Source: the human T2T-CHM13v2.0 reference genome, Homo sapiens
DNA: 64,000 nucleotides
Direction: 5' to 3' (one strand)
Assembly (NCBI RefSeq): GCF_009914755.1
Contig: NC_060936.1
The notes beneath the pieces were generated by a model. That model was not told the origin of the DNA, did no database searches, and worked only from the letters and a program-made list of their open reading frames with translations. Numbering within the stretch: position 1 is the stretch's first letter; each line of letters begins with the position of its first letter. Shown in pieces: positions 28,736 through 43,913 of the stretch. A program made the translations under genes and the position numbers.

Positions 28736-31329
28736 TAAAGTGTTGTTGACGTTTATGAAACCCTTAGAGCTCTACCAGGCATACAGTGAACTACGATGTT
28801 GTTGATGATGATAATCATCTTTATTGGCACATGCCAGGACTTGATAACCTTAGTTTGTAATGTGAATCCTATTTAAAAGTATTTAAAAGTATTTCCACTA
28901 CAACTTAAGAAACTGTCATCCAGTGCAAAGCCCAGGGTAGACAGCAGAGAGTTGGATTTAGCCATGATTGATTGGAGTTTTTCCAGGAAAATACGATGAA
29001 GGAAGACAAGAACAAATGACAGACCATGGAATTGAGGCTCGATAATGAGAGAAGTAAAGACATAAAGTGGAGAGGAACCGTGAAAAGATGCTAGGAATAA
29101 TGTTTTTTTTCAATTCCATTGGAATTTAATGACAGCTAGAGTGGGTTATAGAAAGGGCAAGCTGAAAAGTCATAGAGTAGGAGTCATGTCATTGAGATAA
29201 TGTGGGGAATGGGGGCTGTTGCTATTACAATGCAACTTCTAGGATCCTCCCAATGGGAAGAATTGGCTAAAGTAAGATAAAGGGCAAGATCTGAGTGGAA
29301 GGGAGATCAGGAATGGAGAGACCAGCGTGTTTGAAGTACCACATGTACACATATTGAAGTGTATGATATGAGGTGGTGTTGGAGAGTGTGACAGTGAGCA
29401 ATAGGTAAAATCTTTCTAGAATGAGGAGGAGCACCTGAGGGATCAGTACATGATGACCATGGGGATTAGTGCATAATGTAGTCTGATGATAGGATATTTA
29501 AAGCAGGAAGACACTAAAGAGTTTCAAGAAGAAGAGAGGGAGAATGGGGTGTGCCTTGATGAAACACAAGAATGGTACTTAAACGACCTCCACCTACATG
29601 CCCAGGGTGCAAAAGAAAAGGGAAAGAAAACAGATGCATCTAGAGAAATCTGCAAAGGAACCAGGTCTCCAAGGGACAGTCTGGTCAGTTACAGTAAGAA
29701 AGCAAAGTTCAGAGAAAATGTTAAAGATATAAGGGATCTTGCTGGTGACTGACAGTGAGTTCAGGGGACACACTGAAAGGGTTTCAGAAGCTGGAGATAG
29801 GTGGAAGATGAAGTGAGGGAAAAGGAAGTGCAGTGCCATCACGGAAATGAAAGCCTTGGGACGGAGGGGTCACCTGGATGTCCTGGGCTTCTTGGGCCCT
29901 TCGTCCTAAACAAGCATAAAGAGCATCACGGGATTATCCTTGGTAGTCTCAAAGCTGAGAGTCATGGGGAGGCTGTGAACATTGAAGATCCTACCAGGGT
30001 CACAAAATTACGGGTCCCTTCTTCAATCCTGCCTGTGGTTAGCAGGAGGTTGAGGGAGCGATGGTCCTATTTCCCAGAGGAATAAGAGCTCTGGGCTCCT
30101 TCAGGAAACCTGGGGAAGAGGATGTCCAAGTCTGCATGAATACCAACAGATGAGGCCATCGGAAGAAGGGCTCCTAAGAAAGAGAAACCACACACAGAAA
30201 GGAAGAAGTGAATATGACCCATGCTCACACACCAACATGCCTATAGCCAGGAGGAAATATGAGAGCTAGGAGGGAATTTAGGAGTCTCTGAATTGAAAGT
30301 ATTCGTTTCAGTGAGGAGGAAACTGAAGTTTAGAGACGTAGAGTAAACTTATTGTAAGAGGAACCTATGTAATATGTCTTAGAAAGCTCTCTTTCAAAAT
30401 CATTATCCAAAAAGGAAAGAATGGGCCACTTAAAGGAGTATTGATTTATTAATCGGGAAATTTGCTTATGGAAAATAGGCAAAACTTGCTTCGAAATGCT
30501 TATCACAATCCACCTAAAATTTCTGTTGGCAGCATCATTATCTGTAGCTGCTTCAGTGGTGACACTAATAAATTCACATTACAGAATAGTAGTAAAGGAT
30601 TTATTTTTCTTTTACATTTTATATTATGGTCACCAATTGTGAGCTCTGAAGTAAAATGTCCTGTTACATGACAAATTTAAAACAATACATTTTAGAATTT
30701 ACCTTGACAACACTCTCAGAGAAGATTATTTTAGAAACTATTGATAAATTAAAAATCTAAGTGAATTATATGCCTAAAAGCTTTCTTTTAAGTGATACTT
30801 GAGGGGAAAAAAACGTCATCCCAACATTTTTAGACATTGAACTTTACAAGTGTAGAAATGGTCACAGAAAGCCTATGTTATTCTGAAATATATTTTGTTT
30901 CAGCTATGTTTGTGAAAATTGACCAGCTACTTGACAAATCTAGATTTTCTTAAAGGCACTCAACTAAATGCTATTGTCTCCTAGGACTTGTCTTGGCCAT
31001 CTTGATTATCATAACTCTCCAATATAGGCTTTAGGATTTCCAAATTCATACTCTGAAGCCCAAAATTATTCCCACTATAATTTAGAGTTAGCTTTTGAAA
31101 TAACTTATAGAAAGTATTAATTGATTCCATATCTAGGGGCCTTCTGAGTTGTTTATAACTTATATATATCTACATATATATTTATTGATAAAATTTTATT
31201 TTTAATATAATTTACAACCAGATTTCTCTTACAAAAAAGATTCAATCTATTTTAAAAGTATGATAATCAATTATATTATATAATTTGTGCCACAATTCAT
31301 ACTTATCTATTGATTTAGAAACCACATTC

Positions 31330-31770
31330 AAGATAATCCTCTCTACCAAGAATTGGCCCCCAGCGTAGCAGCAAAGCACCATTAACTATCATTTCCACCG
31401 ACAGCTGAAGTTGTGGTTTTGCATTCAGCACTTTTTTCCTTGTGTGGAGTATAGAACAAAAGATGTTACTAATGTAATAATGTGAGTCATCATCCAAATC
31501 TGTGGTTACTACTACCATGAAAAGTTTTCTTTCTCAGTAGGAAAGTGTCATTGGTCATTCCCAAGATGTTACAGATGAACAGAAAAAAAGTGAATATCGT
31601 TGGCACTTCCATTTTATCTAGGAAATAAAACTGAGTTCCTCACTTGTGGGTAAAGGCAAGTCACTGTGGTGACACACCATGTTTTTTCAGTAGATGAGGT
31701 GAGCAGGAAGCAGCAATCTGAGATGTCTCTTCAGTGCATTTCACACTTACGACATTCACTTTGTTTCAAT
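31330..31770. promoter_or_regulatory. Distal IFNG enhancer about -30 kb (human CNS-30, orthologue of mouse CNS-34)
   Basis: RUNX TGTGGTT 31412 and 31501, TGTGGT 31665; AP-1 TGAGTCA 31483; T-box-like GACACACC 31671 and TCACACTT 31741. Distance fits the recalled RUNX3-bound CNS. Confidence 0.7.
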
Positions 31771-32812
31771 AAATACAAATAGCAAACATAAAAATTATTA
31801 TCTATATATACTTATTAAAATCTCTTCTAATCTCCTCCAAACATATTTATCATATCAGCATTTTGCTTCCTTAAATGTTTTTCTTATTCTTTGAAGAGAA
31901 ATCCAGTAGTTGTTGTTTTTCTTCTTCTTCATTAATAATACACTTTTCTAGCTCTGCTTCATCTCAAGATAACCATTTGTGTGAACTGGTGTTTTCCAAA
32001 CTGTTTTCTAGGTAACAAAGGCATTTGATCTGACTAAGTGCCTACAAGGCCAATGTATTCTTGGAAGAAACAATCTTCTAGAAACTCATATTAAACAAAG
32101 TTAAAGAGTTGTTTTAATGTGGAACTTCTCCAACCTGTAACATTCTGATGGGCTTTATAATTCCCCATACAGAAAATATAGTTTGCACCATTTTCTTAAA
32201 CTTGTTAAATAAGAAAACACTTTTGTAAGTTTAAAACAGGAAAACTAATATGTTGAGGAAATACTATATATTCCGTGCAATAGAGTGAGAAAAGCTGATT
32301 TCAGTCACACATTTGTTTCTTTCTTATGGGCAAAGTACACCATTACTTTGTGGTTAGTGCTTGCTGTTATGTCCAAGGCATCTATATTATTATGATGACC
32401 AGATATTCATGGTTTGGTGCCAACTTCAATTATGTGGTCCCATTGTCCCTCTGAGCATGTTAGAACTTTTCAGAGTTTGCTGCCCAATTTTTCATTCAGA
32501 AAATATATTCTCTGCATATATGGATAAATAATTTGGTAAATCAAAAGAACATAATCTTCCATAGTTAAGAAGTTGTTTCTGCCATTTGTTAAAAGTAACC
32601 AGATAACTAAGAAGCTTACCTGAGAGAAAATAAGGCACAACAGGTGAATCAGAGAATTGTAAAATCTTCTAGATCATGGCTTTAACTTCTTTCATGATAA
32701 TTATGTGATGCTACTAAAAATATTTAACATCCCCAAGCCTGTTTCTACATCCACATAAATTACAAAACCAAAATCAATAATCTTTTTACTCTCTACTCCT
32801 TAGTCATTGTAA

Positions 32813-33171
<359 letters not shown>

Positions 33172-34589
33172 TCTGATCAGCCTTTTTTTTAAGAGCGAAC
33201 CAGTCCCCGCCCTTCCCCAGTCCCTGAAACCCCCCCACTCCTGCTTGTTTGTTCTTGTTATTCTGACATCCTTTATGTTTACTTCTTTGTTTATTTCTGT
33301 GTCCCCCTATCAAGAATGGTATGTTCACCTGTTTAACGTTTAGGACAGAGCCTGACACTTAATAAGTAAAACAAATAAATCTTTGTTGGCTAAATGAGTA
33401 AAATACACAATGTAGTAAAATTTGAGGAAACACTTGGAAAGCTATATCAGAATAAAACAGCAGAACCGTAAATAGTTTCCACAAAATCAGGTACATAGAG
33501 AAAGCTCAGCATGTATTTATAGGTAATCTTCAATCACACTGGGAAATTAACCAAAAGGGAATATTCATTGTGGGCTACAGTGGCCATGCAAGACTTAGTA
33601 GAGCAGAGGAGATCATGAAGAAAATATATAATTTATCTTGAAATAAAAGAGTAGAGAAGACATAGCAGATGGACAATCTGGCACACAGAAGGACATGAAA
33701 GCAGAAATAAGCTTGTCTCGTGTTGGGGGCTTTTTAAAAAAATAGACTGATCTTGAAGGAGGCGTACATGTCAAAGGGTAATGAGAGATGGATTTTTAAA
33801 CTTATTCAGTCATTTATTTGACAAACTCTTGTTGAACACCTACTATATGCTGAATTTTAGGTTAGGATTGATGAGAGTAAAAGGCCAGATAAGGACTCCC
33901 TGAATGTCAGGCTAACGAGTGAGAAAATGCTCATGCTGCCTCATGGGATTATTTTAAGGGTTAAGAAAACAGTGCACCCAAAGTGCCCCATAGGCCATTT
34001 TGCTCTATGATAATATAATCTGTATCATTACCCAGCTGGTGATTGGTCTGGTGAAAACAACACGTTAGGCCATGCATTTAACCAAATGGCCACAGCCAAT
34101 ATATTTCTGAGGATCATGGAACGTGTCAGAATTTAGAAAGCACAGTTGTGGGGAAAGCAGAATAGCAACAAAATAGATTAAGCACCATCAACAAACAGAG
34201 CTATTTTATGTTTTAAGAACAGAAATTTCTAAAAATAAGTTATAAACTCAACCTTTCCAAGAATGGAGCCAGACTCTTAAAAAAAATCTATTCTGAAACT
34301 AATAAAACATACTTCTACTGCCTCTTTTAGAAGTTGTTGAGTGGAAAATTACAAGTGGTTAAAAGAAATAAATAGCTGTCTATAAGAGCTAACATCTATT
34401 CAGAGATATGGAGAAAAAGCAAACGTATGCCATGTTCCTCAAAGCAGTCTTCTGCCACAGATTAATAGCGAGAATCATCCTCAAAACATCTCTTAATATG
34501 AGAATTACTACTTTTATCCTCAAAGAACTGATAATGCCTCTTTTCATTCTGACAAACTTGACAAAACTTCTGCTGCATGTAATAAATCA

Positions 34590-36310
34590 TGCTTAATTCG
34601 TCCACTAGACTCTTTTGAGCCCCTATTGTGTTCTAAGCTGTCCTTTAAATGTTGGCAATACAAAGATCAACAAGGTATAATCCCTGCTCTCGAGGAGCCT
34701 TTGATTTGGTGGGAGCATCAGACAAGGGAGTCAAAGGTTTCAATACAGTGTGACAAGTGGCATTCTACAAGTATTAACAGGTATCATGACAGCAAGAAGA
34801 ATTCAGAGAAGGAATCTCATTTGACTAGGGATGGGAGTGAGAATATGAGAGGTGGCAAAAATGAACAGATGGGTAGGGTCACAGGCAATATGCACAAGAC
34901 CTCTCTTCTCATGAAGCTTACATTTTAGTAGAGTCAAAGAAAGGAAGATAATAAACAAGGCAATCAACAAAGAAACAAGATAATTTCAAAGCATGAGGAT
35001 AATATGAAGGAAATAACAAAGGTGATTTGGAATTACTAGGAGTGGATGGAGATCCTTCCTCAGCTGGGTCGGGAACGTCATGTCAAAGGAAGAGACCCTT
35101 GAGCTGACACGTAAATGAAAGGAACGGACTGTGGGAAGGCCTGGGGAAGGGTACTCCAGGGAGAGGAGCTAGCATCTACAAATGCCCAAGACAGAGCTGA
35201 ACTTGCACTTTTCAGAAGCAGAAAGGTCAGCTAAGAGACAACACAGGCCAGGAGACAAGGTCAGAGAGAAAGGCTAGGCAATTAATGTAGGTCTTTCTTG
35301 GCCAGATAATAAGGTTTATTCTCAGTGCAAGGGAAGCCATTGAAAGGCATCAAACAGGAAGGGATATGCTTTGATTTACACTTCTTAAGTTCTCTCTAGA
35401 AGCTCAATGAAGCTGGATTCAGGGGCAAGGTATGAGTGGAAACAATGAGACCAGTTAGAAGGAGGACTCTTCCAGTGTCCAGGTGAGACATGGCAGTGAC
35501 CTGGGCCAGGGTATACTAATGGGGATAGGAGAAGCGGAAGGATTTGAGATATATTGGGGCGGTAGAACTGCAAGAATGTGCTGATGAATTTGGTTTGGGA
35601 TATGAGGGAAAAGAAGAAATAAAAAATCCCTGTAATTGCAAAAATGGCCCTAGCAATTGAGTAGGTGACAATTTATCATATAATAATAACAACTTATGCG
35701 TATAAAGTTTTTATTATATAGCAGTCATGGCTCTAACCTCTTTACATATATTACCTCACATGAACCCCACAACAACCCTACAAGATAGGTACTATTCTCA
35801 TCCCTATTGTACAGACAAGGGAAGAGAGGGACGGACAGATTAACCTCACTTTGTTGTTAAATTACAGCCTCTATGTGAAGCTTTATCGGCTTCAGAGTCT
35901 GTGTGCTTAACCATGATATCTTTACGTTTTGTATTGCCAGGTTGTGGAATACTAGAGAATGAACTGATTTTAGAAGGAGAAACAAATTTTCCGGTTTTGA
36001 CATATTGTTTTTGAGATGTCTTACATGGAAATATCGAGTACATAATTGAATGTGTGAGCATGGAATTCAGGGACTAGGTCAACCCTGGAGACATTAGCAC
36101 ACTGATAGTATTTAAAGCCATGGGGTTGAATTAGCTGTATAGAGAGCAATAGAGTACATGGAGATTACAAGAAGCCACAACTAGCCCTGAGTCCTCCAAT
36201 CTGTAGTGTTCTGATAGAGAAGAAACTCACTTGCAAGATCAAGAAGCAGCATCTAAGTGAGGCAGAAAGAATCCCAGAGGAGAGTGTGGATTTTCAGAAC
36301 TGAGTGATTA
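34590..36310 (-). mobile_element. L2 LINE remnant with a MIR at about 35680-35920
   Basis: GGGAAGCCATTGAAAGG, GAGACCAGTTAGAAGG, GTCCAGGTGAGACATGG, GTATTTAAAGCCATGGG are typical antisense L2 blocks. Confidence 0.7.
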
Positions 36311-39300
36311 ACATGTTGGCTTGATTCTCAGCCAGTCTCTGTCCTCATGGTGGCAAGATGGCTGCAGCAATTCCAACCAATACTCTTCCAAGCTTATAGT
36401 TCATAGAAAAGAGAAAGACTCATTTTCCAGAACTCATTTATAAATCCTGGAATCCACTCTGATTGGGCCTTGTTGGGTCATAGGCCCATTCCTGAATCTT
36501 CACCAATCATTGTGACTAGAGGACCCTAGAGTAGGCTCCCAACCACAACATATGGATGAAAGGCTGGGACTCAACCATCCTCTATGCACTGTACCTTGCA
36601 GGAAATTATTACCAAATTTTGCAAATGACTAAAAAGTACCAAAGGGACATAATTTCTGTGAAGAGAATGCTTTCTCACCAGTTCCAAAAAAAGTCTCAAA
36701 AGGTCATCTTATTATGCAAAAGTTAATGACACTTGTGGCTGTCCATGTCTAACCCCCAAATGTACCTTCTCATCTAAGCCACTCTAAGCCTAATCTAAAA
36801 GGACTAAATCATAAATGATATGGGTAAATGGAAAATAGAAAACATTAGAGCTTCATTTGAACCAACCACTTTGAAAATAGTTCTGTTTAAAGGATATGTG
36901 ACCACATGGTTGGGAGCCATTTTACCTACCACTTACAAGAGTTTCTATCCTGTCATAGAGGGTGAGATTGGGAACCAGCCACGGTTGGAATTTTTAGCAT
37001 CCTTGGCAACGGGGTTCTGTTGGTTCTTTCCCCTTATCTTTGAACACAGAGTCCACTCATTTACTCATTCAAGAGAAGTTTATTGAGCACATACTTGTGT
37101 AAGGCACTGTTTAGATACTAGACATACAACAGTGAACAAAACACATGAAAGTCCCTCCCCTCATGAAATTCAAACTCTAGTAGAAGAAGGCAGACAATAC
37201 TAAATGGAAATAATATGTAAGTAGTTTATATAGTATGTTAGAATGTGATACATGTTTTGGAGAGGGAAAAATGAGATGTGAAATGTCATGGTAAAAGGTT
37301 TGCAATTTTAAAGAGGATAGCCACATCTCTTAGATACTTTTATCCATCTTTATTTATGAAGAATTTATTTATACCAAGTACCTTTATTTATGAAGCATTT
37401 TTTCTTAAGAAGTTAAAAACATAAAACCAGTGATACACCAAGGTATTTAATGGAGGGGGAAGAGTGGGCTCCCGAAGACACCAGGGCAACATCTCTCATC
37501 CTTAAAGGCTGCTGGGAGTTAATGGATGGAAGTTAATTAATGGGAAAGTAGCGCAAGTATTTCTCATCCCAAATCAGTAGGATGATCTGCCCTCTTATTT
37601 TGCAGGAGTGGGAAGAAGAGGGAGCTTGGAGAAGCTTTGAGCAGGTCCTGAATAGGCAAGTGAGGGGCTTGCCTTAACCCTACAGGATTCTCAGTCTCCA
37701 CGTCTACCTCCCACAACATGTGCAAATGCTTACATTCATGGTGGGTTTCTCCCTCTCCCTTGGATCCCCAAAGCAGCAAGAGCTGGTGTGGAGCACTCCC
37801 CAGTCTAGGCTGGGGGACGCAAGGAGAAGCCATCCTCACAGCAGTCTCTTCCTGAGAGATGCTAAGGCGGTGGAGAGACTGCATAATGTGCCTTTCCAGG
37901 GGGTGTTTCTCTCTATTGATTATTTGAACTGTTAAACTTGATTACATTTTACTTTAATTGTACCATTTGAAATTAGATTCAGGTAAGATTTCAAACTTAT
38001 TAAATAAATGGCCCATAGGACATTTGGGGGAATGTCTCAAAAAAGAAAAATGTAAATAGAATCTACATATAAAAGTGATCAATTTAACAAGCTTTAAGGG
38101 GAAGGCAAAGTAAAACAATATGATGTAATTTGCAGCCACCAGACCGGCAAAAATATTCAAATATTGATAATATCCAGTTTTAGCAAGAAAGAATGTGGGG
38201 AAAAATTAGCAATGAAATAGTTATGAAAGTACTTTGGCAATATTTGGCATATGTTCTGATCCCACAATCCTGCTTCTAGAAAGCATTTCTGTAAAAATAA
38301 GAGCACAGATTAGGACACACATTTACAGCCTGTGCTATATGAACAAAGCTGAAATTAACTGGGACTACCGAATAAATAAAATACATTATATTTGCAAAAT
38401 ATATAATTCATAGCTAATATGACATTTTAATTTTTATATAAAAATATATTTTTATATCTGCCCATATGCATATGCATGCATGCATACCCAGACATGTGTA
38501 TACACACATTTACATACCTGGAAGGATGTTCCCGATGTGTTAAATGGAAAGAGCTAGTTGAAGGGTAGAATAAATGATATGATAACGTTTTTGTTTCTAG
38601 AAAAGGGAAAGATACTCTATATGAACATATATTTATATTGTTGTTGGAAAAATTTAAAAGTTGTGGGAAAATCCCCACAAACTGCCATCATTGGCTCACT
38701 TGGGAAAGTAGAGGTGGAAAGGCAGTGAGCTATGATTAGTTTATATACCTTGGTGTTATTTCAGTTTTACAACAAACATATATTACTTTTTGTAATATAG
38801 GAAACTATAGGTTTGTAACTAGGAAAATATATATAAATTTCAAGAGGACAGATTTCAGATTAATATGAATAATTTTCTAATAGGCAGGATTATTTGGATT
38901 TAGCGAGGGCTCTTCAAGGGGTCACTAGTCTTTCTTAATTGTGAGCGGTCAAGCATAAGTTAGATGAGGACAGTGTTAGGAAGGAGATTCTGGTATAAGA
39001 TGCAAAGTTGGACAATGTAGCCTCATTGGTCTTTTTAAATTATGACATGCCAGGCTTCTACAAAGTCCACATTTCAAGGCGTTTCTGCGTTTGGCCAAAT
39101 GAGATGCTAGACTCTCATTTCAATGCATTTTTGCGTCTTTATTTACTTCAAATTAGTAAGAAATGTTGAAACCTAGAGTCATCCTAAACTATTTCTTTAG
39201 CTCTGATCCCCCCTCAAGCAGCAAACAAAATTACAACACAATGTTGTAAGTGCTATTCTGAAGATGTGCTTTGCAAGGTGACTCTAAGCCAGCCTAGAAG

Positions 39301-39687
39301 TGGAGGGATCAAGGAAGGGTTGCTGGAAGAGGTGACACCTGAGCTGAGTCTTAAAGGATGTTTTCTCAAGGCTCACCTCCTCTGCAGAGTGCAGACCTCC
39401 ACGTCGCTGCACTTTGCACACGTCTCCATGATCGCTTGCATTGCACTAATTGTCTTTGATATGTATCTTCCTTCCTAGTTTCTAAATTGCTAGGGAGAAA
39501 CTATGAGTTTTATTTATCATTACACCTCAGCCATGACTGCATGACTAGCAGAACATTCAATAAATATTTATAGAATCGATTGGTTTTCATTTTAGTTCAT
39601 AACTCACAGACGTAGTGAAGGACATCCATTCTTATGAATTCTCATGATGAACAGTAATTCACAGCACAGTTCTGCATCTGCTTTTGA

Positions 39688-40029
<342 letters not shown>

Positions 40030-42854
40030 TGACAGAGCTTTCACTTTTTGTTCCTACCCCTTCGTGTGCATCTGAACAATCCACAAGCCTCACGAACTCC
40101 TGTAGCTTCCCTCCCTTCGAGCTGTATCCACCATGACCTCTTGACCAGGGCTGAGGGAGAAGGAGGAGGGTCGTGCCACTATCCTAGCACCCTCTGTCAA
40201 GAGCCACAGTCATCAGAACCATGGAGTGACTGACTGGGTGAGTGTGCTTTCGTCCTTCCATCTCCGGAAAAAATGACGGGAGCTCTGAAACCATTTTGAA
40301 ACCTGAACATCGTGGCTTGACTTTTTCTAAACTGGTATCTGTGGGCAGGTTAAAATGATCTGGTTCTAATTTCATATATTTCTAAGTTTGAGGCAGAATG
40401 AGGCAGTGGAAATTCATTATAATGCAGTGTTTCCCAATGTGTGAGACACGTTCTGCCCAGAGTTTGCAAAATGATTCTATATGTACGCATATAAACATGT
40501 TTTGGTTAGGAATGTATTTGTTTAAGTTATCTACTTTTAAAGTCACATATTTATTTACGCTTCAGTTGGGCCAAAGAAAATAACGTGTGAATTTAAATTC
40601 ATTGTTACACAAATAAGAGTATAAGTGCACTTGGAGAATCAAAGTCAGGAAGCACTGATATATTCCATTCCTCGGGGTTCAGGGCCTGCTCTAGGTGCTG
40701 GGGGCCCTAGAGAGAATAAAACAGACAAAAGCCCAGCCCTCCAGAGCCAATATTCTGATGTAGTAGAGACCGTCAATAAACAAACAAAGCATGCCAGCAG
40801 GAGAGGAGTGGTTTAGAGAAAAGTGAGCAGGGGTTGGTGGGGGGCTGGGGTGTCACTGTTTTGTGCAGGTGACCTACTGATGATGCCAGAGAGACCTGAA
40901 GGAAATGGGGGCTGGCCTGGTCTCTCAACCCTGCTGAGGGTTCTTTGCAACACTCCATGCTACCCACTGGTACTCAAGCTCCTTCTGCTCTACCCTGAGC
41001 TAGGCCTGATATAATGGTTGACAGACAAAACTATCTTTTAAAAAATTTTTTTATGTTTCTGTCTTTTCCTGTGTCCTCACATGGCAGAGAGAAGCAGCAA
41101 GAGACGGCCAGACAAAACATCTTAATGGGATACTTAGTCTCTTTGTTTCATTCAAGAGGGATCTACCAAAAGGGATCACCTCCTACAAATGCTAAATGGG
41201 TTTAAGGTTTATACAGCAGCTCATGTGGGTTCAGGGATGCACAGGCATTTCCCAACGTGTCATCATCCCTGGTTCTGATAAAATCCAGAGTGGGGCCTGT
41301 AAATCAGAGGGCTTCACCCCTGAACCCACAGCAGCACCACCAAGACACAGTGTCCCCACTGTGCACAAGATTACAGCTTCTCTCTTGCTGCCCTTTCAAT
41401 ATACCAGTCCTTACTCAAGCACACAAAAACTGTGCTTTTGCCCCTGGCATTTGAGAAGTTTGTGAATAGACACCAGCACTTGGATATTGATTTTTCACAC
41501 GATGGTGACTTTTAAATTCCTCTATTGCTCCTGACTGAGTTTAGCAACCTCTTGACTATTCTGGAAAACCAAAGAACTTCGGAAACAATCAAACAAATAT
41601 TAAATTCAATCACCCAGCAACACTGGGGAGGCAAATGAAATTTTACTCCTAAGAATCTAAAGCCCCCATAGTAAATATTTCTTTGCTGGCTGGCAAATGA
41701 ATGTTTCTCAGCCCTTCTCATGTCTGGAGACACCAAGTAATGGGACAGCTCTTAAGCTGTCCCCATGGTTTGTGACCAAGACTGGGGGCTACTTTGGCCT
41801 TCGTGGAAGTCCAGCACACTTCAACTGAGCTGCCAGTGGTGCCGAATCCTGGAAAATGCTGAGAGCCCTAAAAGTGGATCAAGGAAAGGCTGTCAGTGCA
41901 TCATCTCCCCCAGTCCTTGGCAAAGCCAGGGAGCAGGGTCCTGATCCCCCAGATTCCAGCTCTTCCTAATGTTTCTCAGGAAAGAAGACTGCCCTGCTGC
42001 TGATGGCCCAGGAGCCTGCCCAGAAAGCTCTGGGTAAAAAGCAAGATGAAAAGAGTCCTCCAGTCTCCCCTCACCAATGCCCTGCAGCTCACCACACCTT
42101 TCCTGTCCTGTATACTTGTCTAGGAATGACATCCCCAGAAGAGATCAGGCATGGTACCACAGTGTGTTGATGGGGAAAGGCAGAAAGGGATCACTTTGGA
42201 ATATGAAATCAATCAAGAGAGGGTAGTTCCTAGGGAACAGCCTAATGACCCCAAGACTGAAACGAAGACCTAGGTGGTGGGAAAGCAATGAAGAGAAAAG
42301 CTTCTAGAGACATAATCCATGAAGACCTTGGTGAAGTCCCACCTATTAATACAAAAGGTGCCAAGTCCCAGAATTGTCAGAGTGCAGCAGGGGCACAATG
42401 AAAGCCTTGTGGGAATGAATTGGCTGGTGGCCTAGGATGTGCCATCAGAAACTATTCCTGTTTTCCATGCTGTATGCCAATAGCACTGAGCAGAGTCCCT
42501 TTAAGGCAAAACAATGGTTAGGCCATATTACTCATTTAACTGAAGGGCTAAGTATGTAGATGGGGTTTTTAGACATTATGAAAAGTTGACTGTGGTGGAA
42601 TTTGAACTGCATTTAGCCTTTCATTCGGCTTCTATGAACTTTCCTAGTTGTACGGCACCCTGAAGCTGTGTTATCAAGATTCACCATCATTTGATCTTGG
42701 TTGCTTGTGGTCTTAGTGGCTTGGGTTTCCTGTCAAAGGCATTCCTGGTAAATTATTCCAAGGGTTAGTTACTTTGTGCATCTTATTTGCTGTTATCTTG
42801 TAGTTACCCCTTGCACTCCATGAAATTCTAGCATGCTGTCATGAAAAGGACACC

Positions 42855-43353
42855 CAGGAGAAGGAAACCCAATTTATTTAATTAAAATCAAAATGTGTTA
42901 AGTACTAAGTTCACACTGGGCATAATTAACAATTTTCAAACACTTAAACAGACAATCATATACATAACATCTATTTAAGTCTCAGTAACATTACATTGCA
43001 TTCCAGAAATCTGTCATTCCCCCTCCACCCCCCACATCCCACTCCACACACAAATATTACACGAGTTAATTCAGGTTACATACTTTAAATTAAGTTGACA
43101 CAATGTACTTGTGAATGACAAAACATGTTCAGAATGGAAACATTATTTGAAAACACAGAAAATGTGCAAATTAGTGACAACTTATATCCAAAACGTTAAT
43201 TTACTAAATCCTTCTTGTCTATTCTGAATCACCTAACATGCCGTCAGTATTATGTTAAAAAGTTTTTAAAAGAAATAGACTGTTATAAACATATTTCTAG
43301 CAGTTCTTATTGTATTTCAAAATAACTGTAAAATCAATGTACTTGGCTTTGGT
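42855..43353 (-). other. IL26: IL26 3' UTR with poly(A) signal AATAAA at 42878-42873
   Basis: AT-rich stretch after the TAA stop. Plus-strand TTTATT at 42873-42878. The cleavage site is estimated. Confidence 0.75.
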
Positions 43354-43440
43354 TTACTGACTGCTTTCCAATAATTTTTTAATCCAGGAAAGAAGAATAT
43401 CCAGTTCACTGATGGCTTTGTAGATTCCTTTGTTTCCAAT
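43354..43440 (-). CDS. IL26: Interleukin-26, last coding exon (exon 5)
   Basis: ctgcag|ATT GGA AAC AAA GGA ATC TAC AAA GCC ATC AGT GAA CTG GAT...AGC AGT CAG TAA = IGNKGIYKAISELDILLSWIKKLLESSQ*. Contains the IL-10 family KAxxELD signature. Confidence 0.98.
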   Translation of the reverse strand: MGNKGIYKAISELDILLSWIKKLLESSQ

Positions 43441-43526
43441 CTGCAGATAAAGTACAGATATAAGAGAATAAATTTTTCCTATTTTAAAAAACAAAGTTTT
43501 TTAATATAAGGATTTAGAATTCTTAC

Positions 43527-43592
43527 CCTATAAAATATTCTTTTCATCCTGGTAATGGATTTCATCTCTCTAGCTGATGAAGCACAGGAAAT
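43527..43592 (-). CDS. IL26: Interleukin-26, exon 4 (66 nt)
   Basis: ttcttag|ATT TCC TGT GCT TCA TCA GCT AGA GAG ATG AAA TCC ATT ACC AGG ATG AAA AGA ATA TTT TAT AGG|gtaaga = ISCASSAREMKSITRMKRIFYR. Phase-0 junctions and an 86-nt intron to exon 5. Confidence 0.98.
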
Positions 43593-43913
43593 CTAAGAAA
43601 TCAACAGTAATTACAGATAATATTGTTGAAGAGGCATTAATGATACTCTTTCATTCATTCAACAAATATTTATAGAGCAGGTATTATGTGCTGAGCACTA
43701 GATATGCACTGGCAAAATAAATAATGCATGATCTTTTTCCTCACAGAGCTTAAAGTTTCATGGGAAAGCAGATGACAAATAAAACAAAAACAAAAATTTA
43801 CAAATTACAATTAAAGCTGTGTTAGCAACTCTCGAAACTCTATGACAGGGATTTATAGGAACCGCCTACCTTCAACTGGGTGGTCAAGGAGGGGTCTTTT
43901 GAAAAATGACATT

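Noticed and set aside
38461-38510. Alternating purine-pyrimidine tract (CATATG/ATGC)n as Z-DNA
   Set aside because: Short, AT-rich and within an old L1-like remnant, so weak Z-forming potential.
40830-40850. G-quadruplex candidate GGGGTTGGTGGGGGGCTGGGG
   Set aside because: Lacks four well-separated G3 runs, sits in an L2-like remnant, and such tracts are common.
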